Notes under the pieces: generated by a model | What the model saw: only the letters and a program-made list of their open reading frames with translations | Told to the model about the DNA's origin: nothing | The model's database searches: none | Shown: in pieces, positions 1 through 11,194 of the stretch | How the letters are laid out: every line of letters begins with the position of its first letter | How positions within the stretch are numbered: the stretch's first letter is position 1 | NCBI RefSeq assembly: GCF_018350175.1 | Contig: NC_058383.1 | Span: forward strand, 24,554,001 to 24,618,000 | From: Felis catus | Taxonomy: Eukaryota | Length of the DNA stretch: 64,000 nucleotides | Direction: 5' to 3' | Program-made: the position numbers and the translations under genes

Positions 1-220
1 TGGAGGTCCAAGATCAAGGCATTGGCAGAATTGGTTTCTTGTGGGGACTCTCTTTTTGGTTTGCAGAAGACTGCTTTCTCCCTGTATCCTCACATGGTCT
101 TACCTCTGTGTGTGTCTGTCTTAATTTCATGTAAGGACCCCAGTCATATTGGATTAGAACCCATCCTAATGACCTCATTTTAACTGAACTATCTCTAACT
201 GATCTCTTTTTTAAGATTTT

Positions 221-457
221 TTTATTTTTTATTTTTTTAAAAAAATTTTTTTTTCCAACGTTTATTTATTTTTGGGACAGAGAGAGACACAGAGCATGAA
301 TGGGGGAGGGGCAGAGAGAGGGAGACATAGAATCGGAAACAGGTTCCAGGCTCTGAGCCCTCAGCCCAGAGCCTGACGCGGGGCTCAAACTCACGGACCG
401 CAAGATCGTGACCTGGCTGAAGTCGGACGCTTAACCGACTGCGCCACCCAGGCGCCC
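221..457 (-). mobile_element. Young felid CAN-SINE (SINEC_Fc-like)
   Basis: Reverse-complement GGGGCGCCTGGGTGGCGCAGTCGG head, (CT)n, poly-A; perfect 17-nt TSD ctcttttttaagatttt at 204-220 and 458-474; CpGs intact. Confidence 0.93.
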
Positions 458-571
458 CTCTTTTTTAAGATTTTAATTCCAGTATATTAGTGTTATATTA
501 GTTTCAGATGTACAATATAGTGATCAACAACTCTGTACATAACTAAACTACCTCTTTAAAGACCCTATCTC

Positions 572-784
572 TGGGGCACCTGGGTTGGCTCAGTGGGTTA
601 AGCGTCTGACTCTTGATTTCGCCCAGATCATGATCCAACGGTTTCGTGAGTTTGAGCCCAACGTTGGGCTCTCCACAGCTGGCAGCACAGAGCCTGCTTG
701 GGATTCTCTGCCCCCCCCCCCGCTCCTCCCCCCACTCACAATGTCCCCTGTCTTTCTCAAATAAATAAACTTCAAAAATAAAAG
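572..784 (+). mobile_element. CAN-SINE
   Basis: ggggcacctgggttggctcag head, A-rich tail; TSD taaagaccctatctc at 557-571 and 785-799. Confidence 0.9.
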
Positions 785-1094
785 TAAAGACCCTATCTCC
801 AAACGGGATACCCCTCATTCTCAGATTCTGGGGTTTAGGACTTCAATACATAATTTTGGGGGGGGATGCAATTCAGCCCATAACACAGCCCGTACGCCAC
901 TGGTGCTGAGGGTAAGAAACTCTGCAAAACACTGGAGGTAACCAGCACGTCTTAGAGCCGCGTGTTATTAAACATTTTAGTAAAATTAAGGGCATTTTGA
1001 ATTTGTCTTAAGGATGAACCAAAATTACTCCTCTGCCATGTTTTCACTGCCCTCCTTCCTCCTGTTGATGTTGCTATTGCTGTGTTCTCTCTAG

Positions 1095-1209
1095 ACTGGA
1101 GCCCATTGGTGCAGCCGCCAGTAAGGAATACTCTCTGGAGAAAAACCTGGAAAAAATGAAGTTAGACTGGGTTAACATGACGTTCAACTTTGTGAAGTAC
1201 AGGGACACT
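1095..1209 (+). CDS. DNAH3: Axonemal dynein heavy chain, window exon 1 (LEPIGAAASKEYSLEKNLEKMKLDWVNMTFNFVKYRDT)
   Basis: ctctctag acceptor, ACT|gtgag donor, 115 nt; translation matches the dynein heavy chain tail/linker; not in the ORF track. Confidence 0.9.
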
Positions 1210-1329
1210 GTGAGTTTTAGTCCAACTGCCCAGCTCCCTGACAGCAGCCCCTTGATTATGTAGCAGGTGACAGAGGGGAGTCATTCAGAATTGCAACAGC
1301 ACTTGGGAAGGAGGGATCCCTAACGTCTT

Positions 1330-1620
1330 GTTTTTTAATTTATTTTTATTGAGATATAATTGACATGCAACATTGTGTAAGTTTGAGATGTAAAACGTGT
1401 TGATTTGATACATTTATGTATTGCAATATGATCAACACCCTAGTGTTAGCTAACAGCCCTGTTATGTCACATAATTATCATTTCTTTTTTGTGGTAGAAA
1501 CAATTAAGATCCAGTTTCTTAGCAACTTTGGAGTTTTTCTTGCCGACTTGTCTATAATCACTATCCTGTGCATTAGATTGTTTCCTCCCATCTGCCTTCA
1601 CGTGCCAGTCATTCTTCCTC
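1330..1620 (-). mobile_element. Old L1 3' end fragment
   Basis: tttattgagatataattgaca...cattgtgtaagtttgag is typical reverse-complement L1M 3' UTR; boundaries approximate. Confidence 0.6.
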
Positions 1621-2509
1621 CCCAGCCCACCCACCGGAAGGGTGCATTTTTAAATGAGAAAGGCCTTTTGATTGAGAGCTACAGGCTTTCTCAGTGCAAA
1701 GAAACTGAGTAAGCGTGCTGAGTTAGCATCTCCCAGGGAGGGCGCCCCAGGCCTCTCAGAAGCATACCTGGGTAAACAATGCTTAGAGCATCTAAAAAAA
1801 AAAATCCGCAATTGATTCTTTCTGGCTCCTCTTACCCACAGAATCTGTATTTTTCAAGCACTCCTGTTTTGGTTTTTTTTTCTAACGTGCAGTACAGATT
1901 AAGAAACTCCCTGTCCCCCAGGCTGCATGTTATCTTTTGTGACTCTCCACTGCTTTAACTTGAATGGTCACGGCACCCTGATCACGTGGATAGGAACTAT
2001 AGCTGAGCCAGAAGAGAACTGGGGCCTCTCTCAGCAAGACCAGGCCACTGACAGTGCCAGTAGCTTGGTGCTACATCACCTGATGGGATTGGATACTGCT
2101 AGGGGCTGTTGGGCTGGGGTGAGAGGTTGAACCTGGGGAACCTGGAAACAGGTCAGTTGCACCTGGCCCATCTTCAGAGTTTGGGACTGATACAACTATA
2201 GACAAGGATCGACAGCAAAAGGGAGTCACAGTAGCACTTTATCAAGAGCTAGACACACCTTCTGATGCAGAGCTACTGGTAGAAGGTACATGAGAGAATA
2301 TATCCTAGCTCCAATTTAACCACCCAGATGTGGGCTTGAAGGAAGTGAAAACAGACCCAGAAAGGCCAGACCTGCCAGACAGGGGCAGACCCTTATCAGC
2401 TTGCTCACCACAGTGGCCCAGGAGGAAGAAGAGTGCCATTCACAGAGGCTGACCTCCAAGGCACAGTAACCTGAGCTCCTAGTAAAATATGGCCCAGTAA
2501 ATGTATAGG

Positions 2510-2800
2510 CAGAAGTTCCCAAACTTTTTTCTGTGTGTGGCGCCTTTGTGTCTCAGTACCTTTGTTTTTTTATAGTTCCCCTCCCCGGGCTGAAAGAAAC
2601 ACCTAACAGCTTTGTTTATGAAGTAATAAGGTTCAAACAGCTTTAATAAGTATTTGTGTCATTTCAACAACTGTTTTTTTTAACCCATATAAATGGAAAG
2701 AAAAAAACATTTGTGTTTCATTTTTAAATAACCACAATTAATTGCTGCTAGTTTGCTGCAGTGCCCAGGGGTACCTTGGCACACAGTATGGGAACCACAG
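2510..2800. mobile_element. hAT-Charlie-type MITE remnant
   Basis: Terminal inverted ends cagaagttccca ... tgggaaccacag. Confidence 0.5.
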
Positions 2801-2994
2801 GTCAAGGTCCAACCAGTCAGATTAGCAGCTCATCCTACCTGAGAGAGAACCAGCAAAGCAAGTGGAAGTAGGAACATAGAGAAGGGACTAGAATAATATG
2901 TCCTTCCCCCACCCAGTCCCCAACAGCTACTAGTTGTAGGTCTGGGCTGGGACCATGTTTGATTTCTGCAAAGGAGGTAGAAAATAAATGTCTT

Positions 2995-3092
2995 CTCTTT
3001 CCCTGGTATCTCACCGCTGCGTCGGTGCAGGTAGGGGATTGAGCTCGAGCTAGCTCGAATAAAGGCTCTTTGCTTTTGAAAAAAAAATAAAT
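2995..3092 (+). mobile_element. Short polyadenylated retroposed insert of non-SINE, non-L1 origin (probable ERV LTR R-region retrocopy)
   Basis: 13-nt TSD aaataaatgtctt at 2982-2994 and 3093-3105; AATAAA at 3058-3063; A-tail from 3079; five CpGs in about 45 nt. Confidence 0.75.
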
Positions 3093-3273
3093 AAATAAAT
3101 GTCTTTAAGAACACTTTCGAGGAAGAGAATAGAAATTCATGCCCTGTGAGACAGATTTCTGTCCCACTTGGGTGGAGATCTGAGCTGTGGGGCCTTTGAA
3201 GATCAGCATGAAAAGTGGGGGGCGGGGAGGGAGGGCTTGTGGTTTTGAACGGTCGGGGAATCTTTATTCATAG

Positions 3274-3390
3274 GGTACAAGCATCTTGTGTGCGGTTGAT
3301 GACATTCAGCTGTTACTTGATGATCACGTGATAAAGACCCAGACTATGTGTGGCTCCCCATTCATCAAACCAATAGAAGCAGAATGCCGG
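3274..3390 (+). CDS. DNAH3: Dynein heavy chain window exon 2 ([39 protein letters not shown])
   Basis: ttcatag acceptor, CGG|gtaag donor, 117 nt, phase 0-0, in frame with exon 1. Confidence 0.92.
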
Positions 3391-3719
3391 GTAAGAGGAA
3401 ATGAGATTGAGGGTTCTTGATGTCTCATTAGCTCTGGGTTTGCTGGAGGAGGGAGAAGATTTTTAAGTTCAGTTAACAAAGAAGCTCACTTTTTCCTGAT
3501 TGGGAAAAATTTATAACTCAAGACTGAAAGCAATAACCATCCAAGTAAGCATATGGCACTCTGAGCCTTTACAGTAGTCTGCCAAAAGAGAAGATGAGAT
3601 GATTTTAATGCACTGAATAAAAATACATTTGTAAAGTATTTTATGCGCTAGAGTAATCTAGAATATAAACTACATAAGGGTAGGGGTTTAGGCTCCTTTC
3701 TTGCCTCAGTGTTTGTGGA

Positions 3720-3930
3720 AGTGGCATAAGCTAAGGCCACTCTGGAGCCAGACTGCCTGGGTTCAAATTCTGGCTTTGTACCTTGTTGTGTGACCTTGGG
3801 AAAGTTATTTGAACTGTTCTATGTCCCTTTCTGCATCTGTAAAGTGAGATTTGTAATAGTATCTCCCTCATAAATCTGTTGAATTAAACTGGTTTCATAT
3901 ATGTAAAGCACTCAGATCATCGCTTGTCAC
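3720..3930 (+). mobile_element. MIR remnant (one of many; similar text near 6110, 10020, 13430, 27920, 31490, 38050)
   Basis: ctctggagccagactgcctgggttcaaat...tgtgtgaccttggg...catctgtaaa MIR core. Confidence 0.7.
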
Positions 3931-4184
3931 AGAGTAAGCATTATAGCTGCTATTAATATTATTCCATTGGGAAAACTGCATGAAGGCAAGGACTCTTGTT
4001 TTTTTCATTGCTGTATCCACATTGCCTAGAGTAATGACCAGAACACTGGGGGCAAATAATAAGTACTTTCTCAAACAAGTAAATGAGCAAATGAATGAAT
4101 AAATCCATCCAGTTTGTTCAGGCAATGGGTCTGTGTTGCAGAGTGGCAGGTTAATGATTCAGATATGAAATGCTAAATTCATAG

Positions 4185-4364
4185 AAATGGGAAGAAAAGC
4201 TGGTTCGTGTGCAGGAAATTTTGGAGGCCTGGTTGAAATGCCAAGCCACCTGGCTGTACCTGGAACCGATCTTCAGCTCAGAGGACATCATAGCCCAGAT
4301 GCCAGAAGAGGGCAGGAAATTTGCCACCGTTGATAGTTACTGGAAATCACTCATGTCCCAAGCG
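4185..4364 (+). CDS. DNAH3: Dynein heavy chain window exon 3 (KWEEKL...[13 protein letters not shown]...SLMSQA)
   Basis: catag acceptor, GCG|gtaagt donor, 180 nt; conserved WLYLEPIF linker motif. Confidence 0.93.
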
Positions 4365-5332
4365 GTAAGTTTTTCCTCCCTAGCACATCTCTCCATCAGG
4401 AATGTGGGATGCTGTACAGATGTTCCTCACTGCACATCGTAGCCATGTCCCTTGAAATTTATAAGTAAACTAGATTTTTTCAAATTTGATATTTTTAAAA
4501 ATTTTTTCTAATTTTGAAAGTTGTTACTAAAAATTCAAATGTAGAAACATGTAACACAGAGAGTGGAGGCCTTTTGAAAGCCTACCTCCTTAGAGGCAAC
4601 TGTTAGTAGTTTGTATGATTTAGTTCTCATTCCTAATGAGGTAGAAGACTGTGTCACATGATAATGCAATAGAACTTTTATAGATTGAGGATCATTTTAG
4701 AATTCAAATCATTCTCCACATTCAGTTATTTAACAAATGTTTATTAAATACCCAGCATTGAATTAACAGTCAGAAAACAACTTGAAGATGACTAGTATAT
4801 GATTTCTGCCTTCATAAAATTCACTGTGTTGTGAGGAGAGACTCAGAGGTAAATAAGAGAGCTATAAAAGAAGTATATATAAACAGCTTTTAGAACACAG
4901 AAGAGTGGCTTAGTTGCCTGGGAGTGTCAATAAAGGCTGCAAAGGGGGCACCATCAGAAACAAGCCTTTTAGGATGAGTTCCCTGGGCATACAGGGCAAT
5001 CAGGGGTATCCATTAAGAGATGATATCTTTTTCCTTTTTGAAGTCAAGTGTACTGAAATTGGGGCTCACTTATAAAGAATTTATCTCAAGAATATTTATC
5101 TGTGTTAGTGGGAATTTATATTGCCCAAACAGTGGAGCCAGTTTTCATGATATCCTGCTTCCTCCAACTCCATATTAATTCAGACTCTTCAGTTGCAAGT
5201 GTTCAGTAACAAAAGTTCCACTGAATAAATTTTAAAGATCAAAGTGGCTTTTTTAAAGAATTCATAAATTGGGCTCTATCCCATCTAACAAATAATAGGA
5301 TGTTCAAAGGAGTTGTACAAAATGGAAAGTTT

Positions 5333-5541
5333 ATTTTTTTTTAATTTTTTAATGTTTAATTTTGAGAGAGAGAGCACTCAAGCAGGGGAGGGGCAGAGAG
5401 AGAGGGAGACACAGAGTCCAAAGCAGCCTCTAGGCTCCAAGCTGTCAGCACAGAGCCAGATGCGAGACTCATACCCATGAACCATGAGATCATGACCTGA
5501 ACCAAAGTTGAACACTTAACCAATGAGCCACTCAGGAGCCC
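5333..5541 (-). mobile_element. CAN-SINE
   Basis: Antisense SINE body, poly-T; degenerate TSD tggaaagttt / tggaaggttt. Confidence 0.88.
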
Positions 5542-5740
5542 TGGAAGGTTTTTATAGAAGGAGGAGTTGACCATGTCCAGAGGAAGAGGATCATGTTGTA
5601 TGAGCATTCACCCTTGTGGGATTAGGAGGCACTTAGCTGGGCAGGGAAGTCAGCAATTGATGGGCTTGGTCATATACTCAATGATCAGTCTCAGAATCTA
5701 GGAACCCCGTGGTGATTCTCATTTCTTTTATGGAACCTAG

Positions 5741-5877
5741 GTGAAAGATACCAGGGTTCTGGTGGCAGCAGACCAGCCACGGATGGCTGAGAGGCTTCAG
5801 GAAGCCAACCTCCTCTTAGAGGACATCCAGAAGGGGCTGAATGATTACTTGGAGAAGAAGAGACTATTTTTCCCCAG
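5741..5877 (+). CDS. DNAH3: Dynein heavy chain window exon 4 (VKDTRVLVAADQPRM...YLEKKRLFFP)
   Basis: cctag acceptor, AG|gtattc donor, 137 nt; YLEKKRxxFPR motif. Confidence 0.93.
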
Positions 5878-6592
5878 GTATTCAGTACTATTCTTTTGTT
5901 TGGAGTTACCTTTTTGACCCATGTATAGTTAGAATTACATTTTTCATCCTGAGGGTTGGCTTCTACCAATCTTTTTCATAGTTTTTTCCTGGTTTTCCAT
6001 TCCCCACAAGACAGCTTTCAGGAGTAGGGCCTGTCTTTCTGGTCATTGTTTAGAGTGAGGTTGAATGGACCAAATCATGGTCAAATACCCAGTTGAAGGG
6101 ATATAGTAGTCCTGAATAAGAGCCTAGACTTGGGAGTTAAACAGACCTCTGTTTGAGTCCCAGCTTTTCCACTTATTAATCTTGAGACTTAGCAAATCTA
6201 CCTGAGCCTCAGATTCTTCACTGTAAAATAGAAATATAATAATGGCTCCTACCTCATATATTTGTGCAGATCAAGGAGATAATGCATGTAAAGCATTTAG
6301 CCATTTAAACAGTTAAATGTTTTTTGACATCAAATTTTGCAGTTTCTGGTAGGTATGTTTTTAAATATTTGACTCTTGTTAAATATATTTTTGCTTCTGC
6401 GTAAAAGTCAAAGTCATTTTAGAGTGTTGGTTTCAGAAAGAGGATTCTCACTGCTGATATCTATCCATGTCATTTGACTTGAATTGGGATGTTGGTTTGA
6501 TCCAAATTTGCTTTTAGGAAAAGTAAATTTTTGTGTTCCCTTTTATGGAGACAAAATTAGTTTCCTGCTTTCTACCACAAACTTAAAAAAAA

Positions 6593-6690
6593 TTTTTTTT
6601 AAGTAAGCTCCATGCCCAGTGTGGAGCTTAAACTCATGACCCTGAGATCAAGAGTCATATTCTCTACTGACTGAGCCAGCCAGGTGCCCC
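6593..6690 (-). mobile_element. Short-form carnivore SINE (no CT tract)
   Basis: ctgagccagccaggtgcccc antisense head with short body and poly-T. Confidence 0.8.
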
Positions 6691-6755
6691 TCCATCAGAA
6701 ATTTTTTAAAAATGGTTTGTTTAGGATTTACAAATGTCCTTGTGTCTATGCAGTG

Positions 6756-6961
6756 CAGCATTGTGTGATAGAACTTTCTACAATGATAGGAATGTTCTGT
6801 ATTTGTGCTGTCCCATACAGTAGCCATTAGGCACATGTAGCTATATAGCACTTTAAATGTGGCTAGGGTGCCTAGGAAAGTGAATTTTTAATGTATTTAA
6901 TATTAATTTTGCAACGTAGATAGCCACGTACAGCTAATGGCTTCAGTTTTGGACAACACAA
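6756..6961. mobile_element. MER3-like hAT-Charlie MITE
   Basis: atagaactttctacaatgataggaatgttct...gtagccattaggcacatgtagctat...ttggacaacaca resembles the MER3 consensus as I recall it. Confidence 0.75.
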
Positions 6962-7335
6962 ATACAGCACAAATCATGGAAGGAACCTGAACTTGGAAGT
7001 ACAAAACTTAGGAAGAGGAAACCCCTGAGATTTGGGCTTTTAGTCCTATACCCTGTCCTGTTATTCCTTATAAAAATATGAGCAATAGCCAACACTAACA
7101 CAGCATTTACCATATACCAGGACACTTCTCTAGGTGCCTTACATGTATTAACTTATTTAAACTCAAAATAATCCTATGAAGTTGGAAGCATTATTATTAT
7201 TTCCTTTTACAAATAAGGAAACAGTAACTTGCCAGAAGACACAAGACTGGTAAATGGACAAGCTAGAATTCAATCCAGGCAGTCTGTATAAGATACCCTG
7301 TTATTTAATCTCTCTGAGACTGCTTTTCTCCCTAA

Positions 7336-7338
<3 letters not shown>

Positions 7339-7391
<53 letters not shown>

Positions 7392-7460
7392 CACACACAC
7401 TCTATTCTCTCTCTCTCTCTCTCTCTCTCCTTCCCTCTTTCCCTCTCTCTCTCTCTCTCT
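7339..7460. repeat. Compound (AC)n-(CT)n microsatellite
   Basis: Directly visible. Confidence 0.95.
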
Positions 7461-7809
7461 GTCTCTCACCATGAATATCTGTTTCCTTACGCATTTTTAT
7501 AAAGTCATGCACTCTCAGAAAACACTTTGAAAATGTTAATGAATAATTTCACATATTTGAAATTAATTTTGTCTTGAAAATATGGAGTGCTAAATAATGA
7601 TTTTATGTTAAGTTATCCAAGTAATTTAATTATTACTCTTATGGCCTTTGAGCCTTATTCATTGTCACACTTGATGAGTCCATAGAGATCACCTGTGTTA
7701 ATTTCCCTTGGCAGTGAGAGAAATTGATATCCTCATTAGATATTGGTATGTTAGTCAGCCAACAAATAATTATTGCACTCTTCCTATCTGCTCAACATTG
7801 CAGCTATAA

Positions 7810-8310
7810 TACATTAGTTTGCTTTGCATCATAACAAACCTCCCCATAACTTAGAAGCTTAACACAGCAACTGTTTATCTAGCTCATAATCCTGTGGCCT
7901 TGCAAATAGGGCTGGAATCAGCAGGGTGGCTCTTCTGGTCTCATCAGGGCTCATTTATGTGCCTGGTCAGCTGGCAATTGATAGCCTCAATGACTTGTCT
8001 AGTGGTTGGCTTCCTTTTGGCTGGAGCAGCCAGGATAGTTGGGCCACATGTCTTTCATCCTCCAGAAAGCTAGCCTGAATTTATTCACATGGTGGTAGTC
8101 ACAGGGTTCCCAAGGCCAGCCAAGAGTGGAAGCTGTAAGGCTTCTTAATGTCTAGGCTTGGAACTTGCACAAATGCATGTTTGCTATAGTCTGTAGGCCA
8201 AAGCAGGACACAGACCCCGGCCAAGTTTGAGACATGTAAAAATAGATTCGACCTCTTGTAAAGAGGAACCATAAATATCATGGCCATAAATATCATGACC
8301 ATATACAGTG
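7810..8310. mobile_element. MaLR (MLT1-like) solo LTR remnant
   Basis: cataacaaacctccccataacttag...tagctcataat...gggctgg...ttcacatggtgg...ggaacttgcaca pattern; boundaries approximate. Confidence 0.65.
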
Positions 8311-8590
8311 AAGATTGTAATATATGGTCCCTCAATTATGGGACTTTTCAGGTTGATGGTTACAATTTGTCTGTAAAATAGAGGTTTGTCTATTGAACAT
8401 TTGCTAAAAGTTTGTGGTTGCTGACTTAAGGGCCTGAGCAAGACAATGATTCTACCATCTTCTAACTTAAAACATGAAGTAAAGTCCTCTCCATATAGAT
8501 AGTGATGTGATGTGTGGTCTGGGAGTGAACAGTCAAGAAAGAATTTTTGAGATGTTTCAAGTGGAAAAAATGTGGTTTTATTAAAGCATG

Positions 8591-8807
8591 GAGGAGCCCC
8601 TGGGTGGCTCAGTGGGTTGAGTGTCTGGGTCTTGATTTCAGCTCAGGTCATAATCCCAGGGTCATGGGATCGAGCTCTCCATTGGCCTCTGCACTGAGTG
8701 TGGAGCCTGCTCGCTCGCTCGCTCTCTCTCCCTCCCTCTCCCTTTCCCCACTTCTCCCTTTCCCCACCTCTCCCTTTTCCCTCCCCTCCCCCACTCACTC
8801 TCTCTAA

Positions 8808-8891
<84 letters not shown>

Positions 8892-8900
8892 AAAGAGCGA
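8591..8900 (+). mobile_element. CAN-SINE with expanded CT tract and (GAAA)n tail (8807-8893)
   Basis: cctgggtggctcagtgggttgag head; the tail has become a GAAA tetranucleotide microsatellite. Confidence 0.88.
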
Positions 8901-9329
8901 GCAAGCACAGGGACAGGACCCATGGGCAGAGAGAGCTGCACTGGAATTGGGAGGAGCAATTGATTTTGGAGCTGGGAGAGGGGAGGTGAGTAGAGACAAA
9001 TGAAGTTTCCAAAAGGATTTTCATATGTTAAAGAAGACTTAACAGGATCCTGGAGGTCTGGCTATTGTCAAGTGAAGGTTGCCTTTGCCTCTAGAAAAGT
9101 ATTAACATTAAGACAGTTGTGAGTTCCTGGAGGAATATCATACTCTGCCTGTCTTAAGTATTTGGCAATGGACTGCAAGTTGTAAGGAAATCTAGTTTTA
9201 TCTACATTTCCTTTTGCCTTTGTTCTCCACATCAGATAGGTCAATAATGTACTTCTTATTTCACACTGTTAACATTTTCTGTCATACCTGGAGATAAGGA
9301 AAGACAAGGAAGTCTTCTTTCTCCTTCTA

Positions 9330-9500
9330 ATAATGGTTCTGTACTGATTGTATATTAGAATCACCTTGGATTTTAAAACTATAGATCCCTAGACCTAACC
9401 CAAGTCACTTATATTAGACTCTCGAGGCAGTGGAACCTTAGCATTGGAGGGTTTTTTAAGCTCCACAGGTGATTCTAGAGTGTGAAGTTGAGAACCACTG
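9330..9500. mobile_element. MER5-like hAT-Charlie MITE (a similar remnant lies near 10600-10760)
   Basis: attagaatcacc...aagctccacaggtgattct...gaagttgagaaccactg. Confidence 0.6.
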
Positions 9501-9745
9501 CTGTATCCAAGTTTCCTCCAAAAGGTGGCACCCTGCCCCCAAGCCATATTAAACTCACATATACCAGCTTTCATCCTTTGTCTTGCTCTGAGTCAAAACT
9601 GTCTCCACCCTCTATGCTTTACAGAAGACTCTAGAATATATCTGGTGTTCACAGGTGTCATCTATCTGTTGGGGAGTATCACCTTCTTGGGAAAAGAGGT
9701 TCTCAAAAGAGATTCCAGTTGCCATCTTCTTTTGCTTTAAAATAG

Positions 9746-9947
9746 GTTCTTCTTCCTGTCAAACGATGAGCTGCTGGAGATCTTGTCAGAGACCAAGGAC
9801 CCCCTCCGCGTGCAGCCACACTTGAAGAAGTGCTTCGAAGGAATTGCCAAGCTAGAGTTTACAGACAGCCTGGAGATTGTAGGCATGATAAGCTCAGAAA
9901 AAGAAACCATTCCATTCAAACAGAAAATCTACCCAGCTCAAGCCAAA
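9746..9947 (+). CDS. DNAH3: Dynein heavy chain window exon 5 ([33 protein letters not shown]...PAQAK)
   Basis: aatag acceptor, AAA|gtaact donor, 202 nt; [14 protein letters not shown] motif completed across the junction. Confidence 0.93.
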
Positions 9948-11101
9948 GTAACTCTCCTCTTACTCATTTTCATTCTTTTCTCCATAACAGAGCACTACAG
10001 AGAGAAGCAGAGAGCATATTGATAGGTTAAGCACTTGGACTCGACTTCCGTACTGCCGGGGTGTGGAATACCTGAGTTCCACAGCTTAAGGACTATGTGA
10101 CTTTGGGAAATTGCTTAATCTTTCTGAATCTCCATTTGCCCATCTCTAAGATGAGGGTTTTACCGCAATCCAAGTGACACACTAAATTTATGGAAGGATT
10201 TCAACCAAACTTCATGTGGAGGCAATAACAGGCATCAGACCCAACAGCCGATGCTGTTCAGATCTCCATGATCAAAGCCCGATTAAAAGTGATCTAGTCA
10301 GACAGCTTTCTGGGGCAGGTGTTTTTAAAGGTCAATAAAACATTATGGAATCAATGCCATTTTACTCAGGTTTTGATACAAGTGTCCTTATATAATGAGT
10401 AAGATGTAAATTACTCCCTCTTCTGCTGAACATGATGGCAGCATCAACTAGAAGTAGACAAGCACTCTTAGCTTTGCTTTGTTAACCATTTTTGCCAGCC
10501 ACACATATAAGTTGTAATAACCAGGAATCACGTTACCAAATAGACACCAGCTAGCTCACAGGTGCCTGAAGTTACCTGAAATTCTAAAACTGAATAATTT
10601 GATGCATATTTGAATTACCTGTAGAGCTTTAAATAAAATTCAAATGCCCAGGTTGCATCCCATAACAAATTGAAACAGCTGGGAGTGGAAATCAGGTATC
10701 CGTATTTTTTAAGAATCTCCAAATCATTCCAGTGCACGACAGAGTTTGGGAACCACTGGAATAAGGCAAGAATTAGAACTGCTCATTAGAAATGAGCAAT
10801 TATTTTATGAACTGAAACATAAATGTGTCATTTGCTTCCTGAGAAGTTGTCTGTTTCAGAAAATTATGTGAAATGTGTGTCAAGAATCCCCCATTTCCCC
10901 TTTTACGTGACACATACTTCCTAGAATGAAAAAATATAAATAATTAAATAAATATAAAACATATAATTAGAGAATATTGGCTTGAAGGGGTGTCAGACCT
11001 TTGGCCTCCCTCCAGCCTTGGTCCAGAGAGAGCTTGGGTTCTGCCCGTGATGTGTCCCTCTGGGCTTGGCTAGCTTGCTCCTTTTTTGTCTCGCCCCACA
11101 G

Positions 11102-11194
11102 GGCATGGTGGAAAAGTGGCTCCAGCAGGTGGAGCAGATGATGCTTGCCAGTATGCAGGAAGTTATTAGACTTGGGATCGAAGCATATGTCCAG
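11102..11194 (+). CDS. DNAH3: Dynein heavy chain window exon 6 (GMVEKWLQQVEQMMLASMQEVIRLGIEAYVQ)
   Basis: cccacag acceptor, CAG|gtaaat donor, 93 nt. Confidence 0.92.

Larger units (their letters stand above)
1..885. mobile_element. MaLR (MLT1-like) solo LTR remnant, interrupted by later insertions
   Basis: Recognisable MLT1 text (ggaggtccaagatcaagg..., gacctcattttaac, aagaccctatctccaaa, caattcagcccataaca) on both sides of the inserts. Confidence 0.7.

Noticed and set aside
8269..8303. 15-nt tandem duplication ccataaatatcatg(g/a)
   Set aside because: Small slippage duplication within an MLT1 remnant; nothing suggests function.
8547..9024. ORFs with KKER, FFLS, HT, LP, RG or poly-D repeats (also 7254, 17394-17757, 27378-27787, 45278, 52487)
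   Set aside because: Translations of microsatellites and SINE tails.
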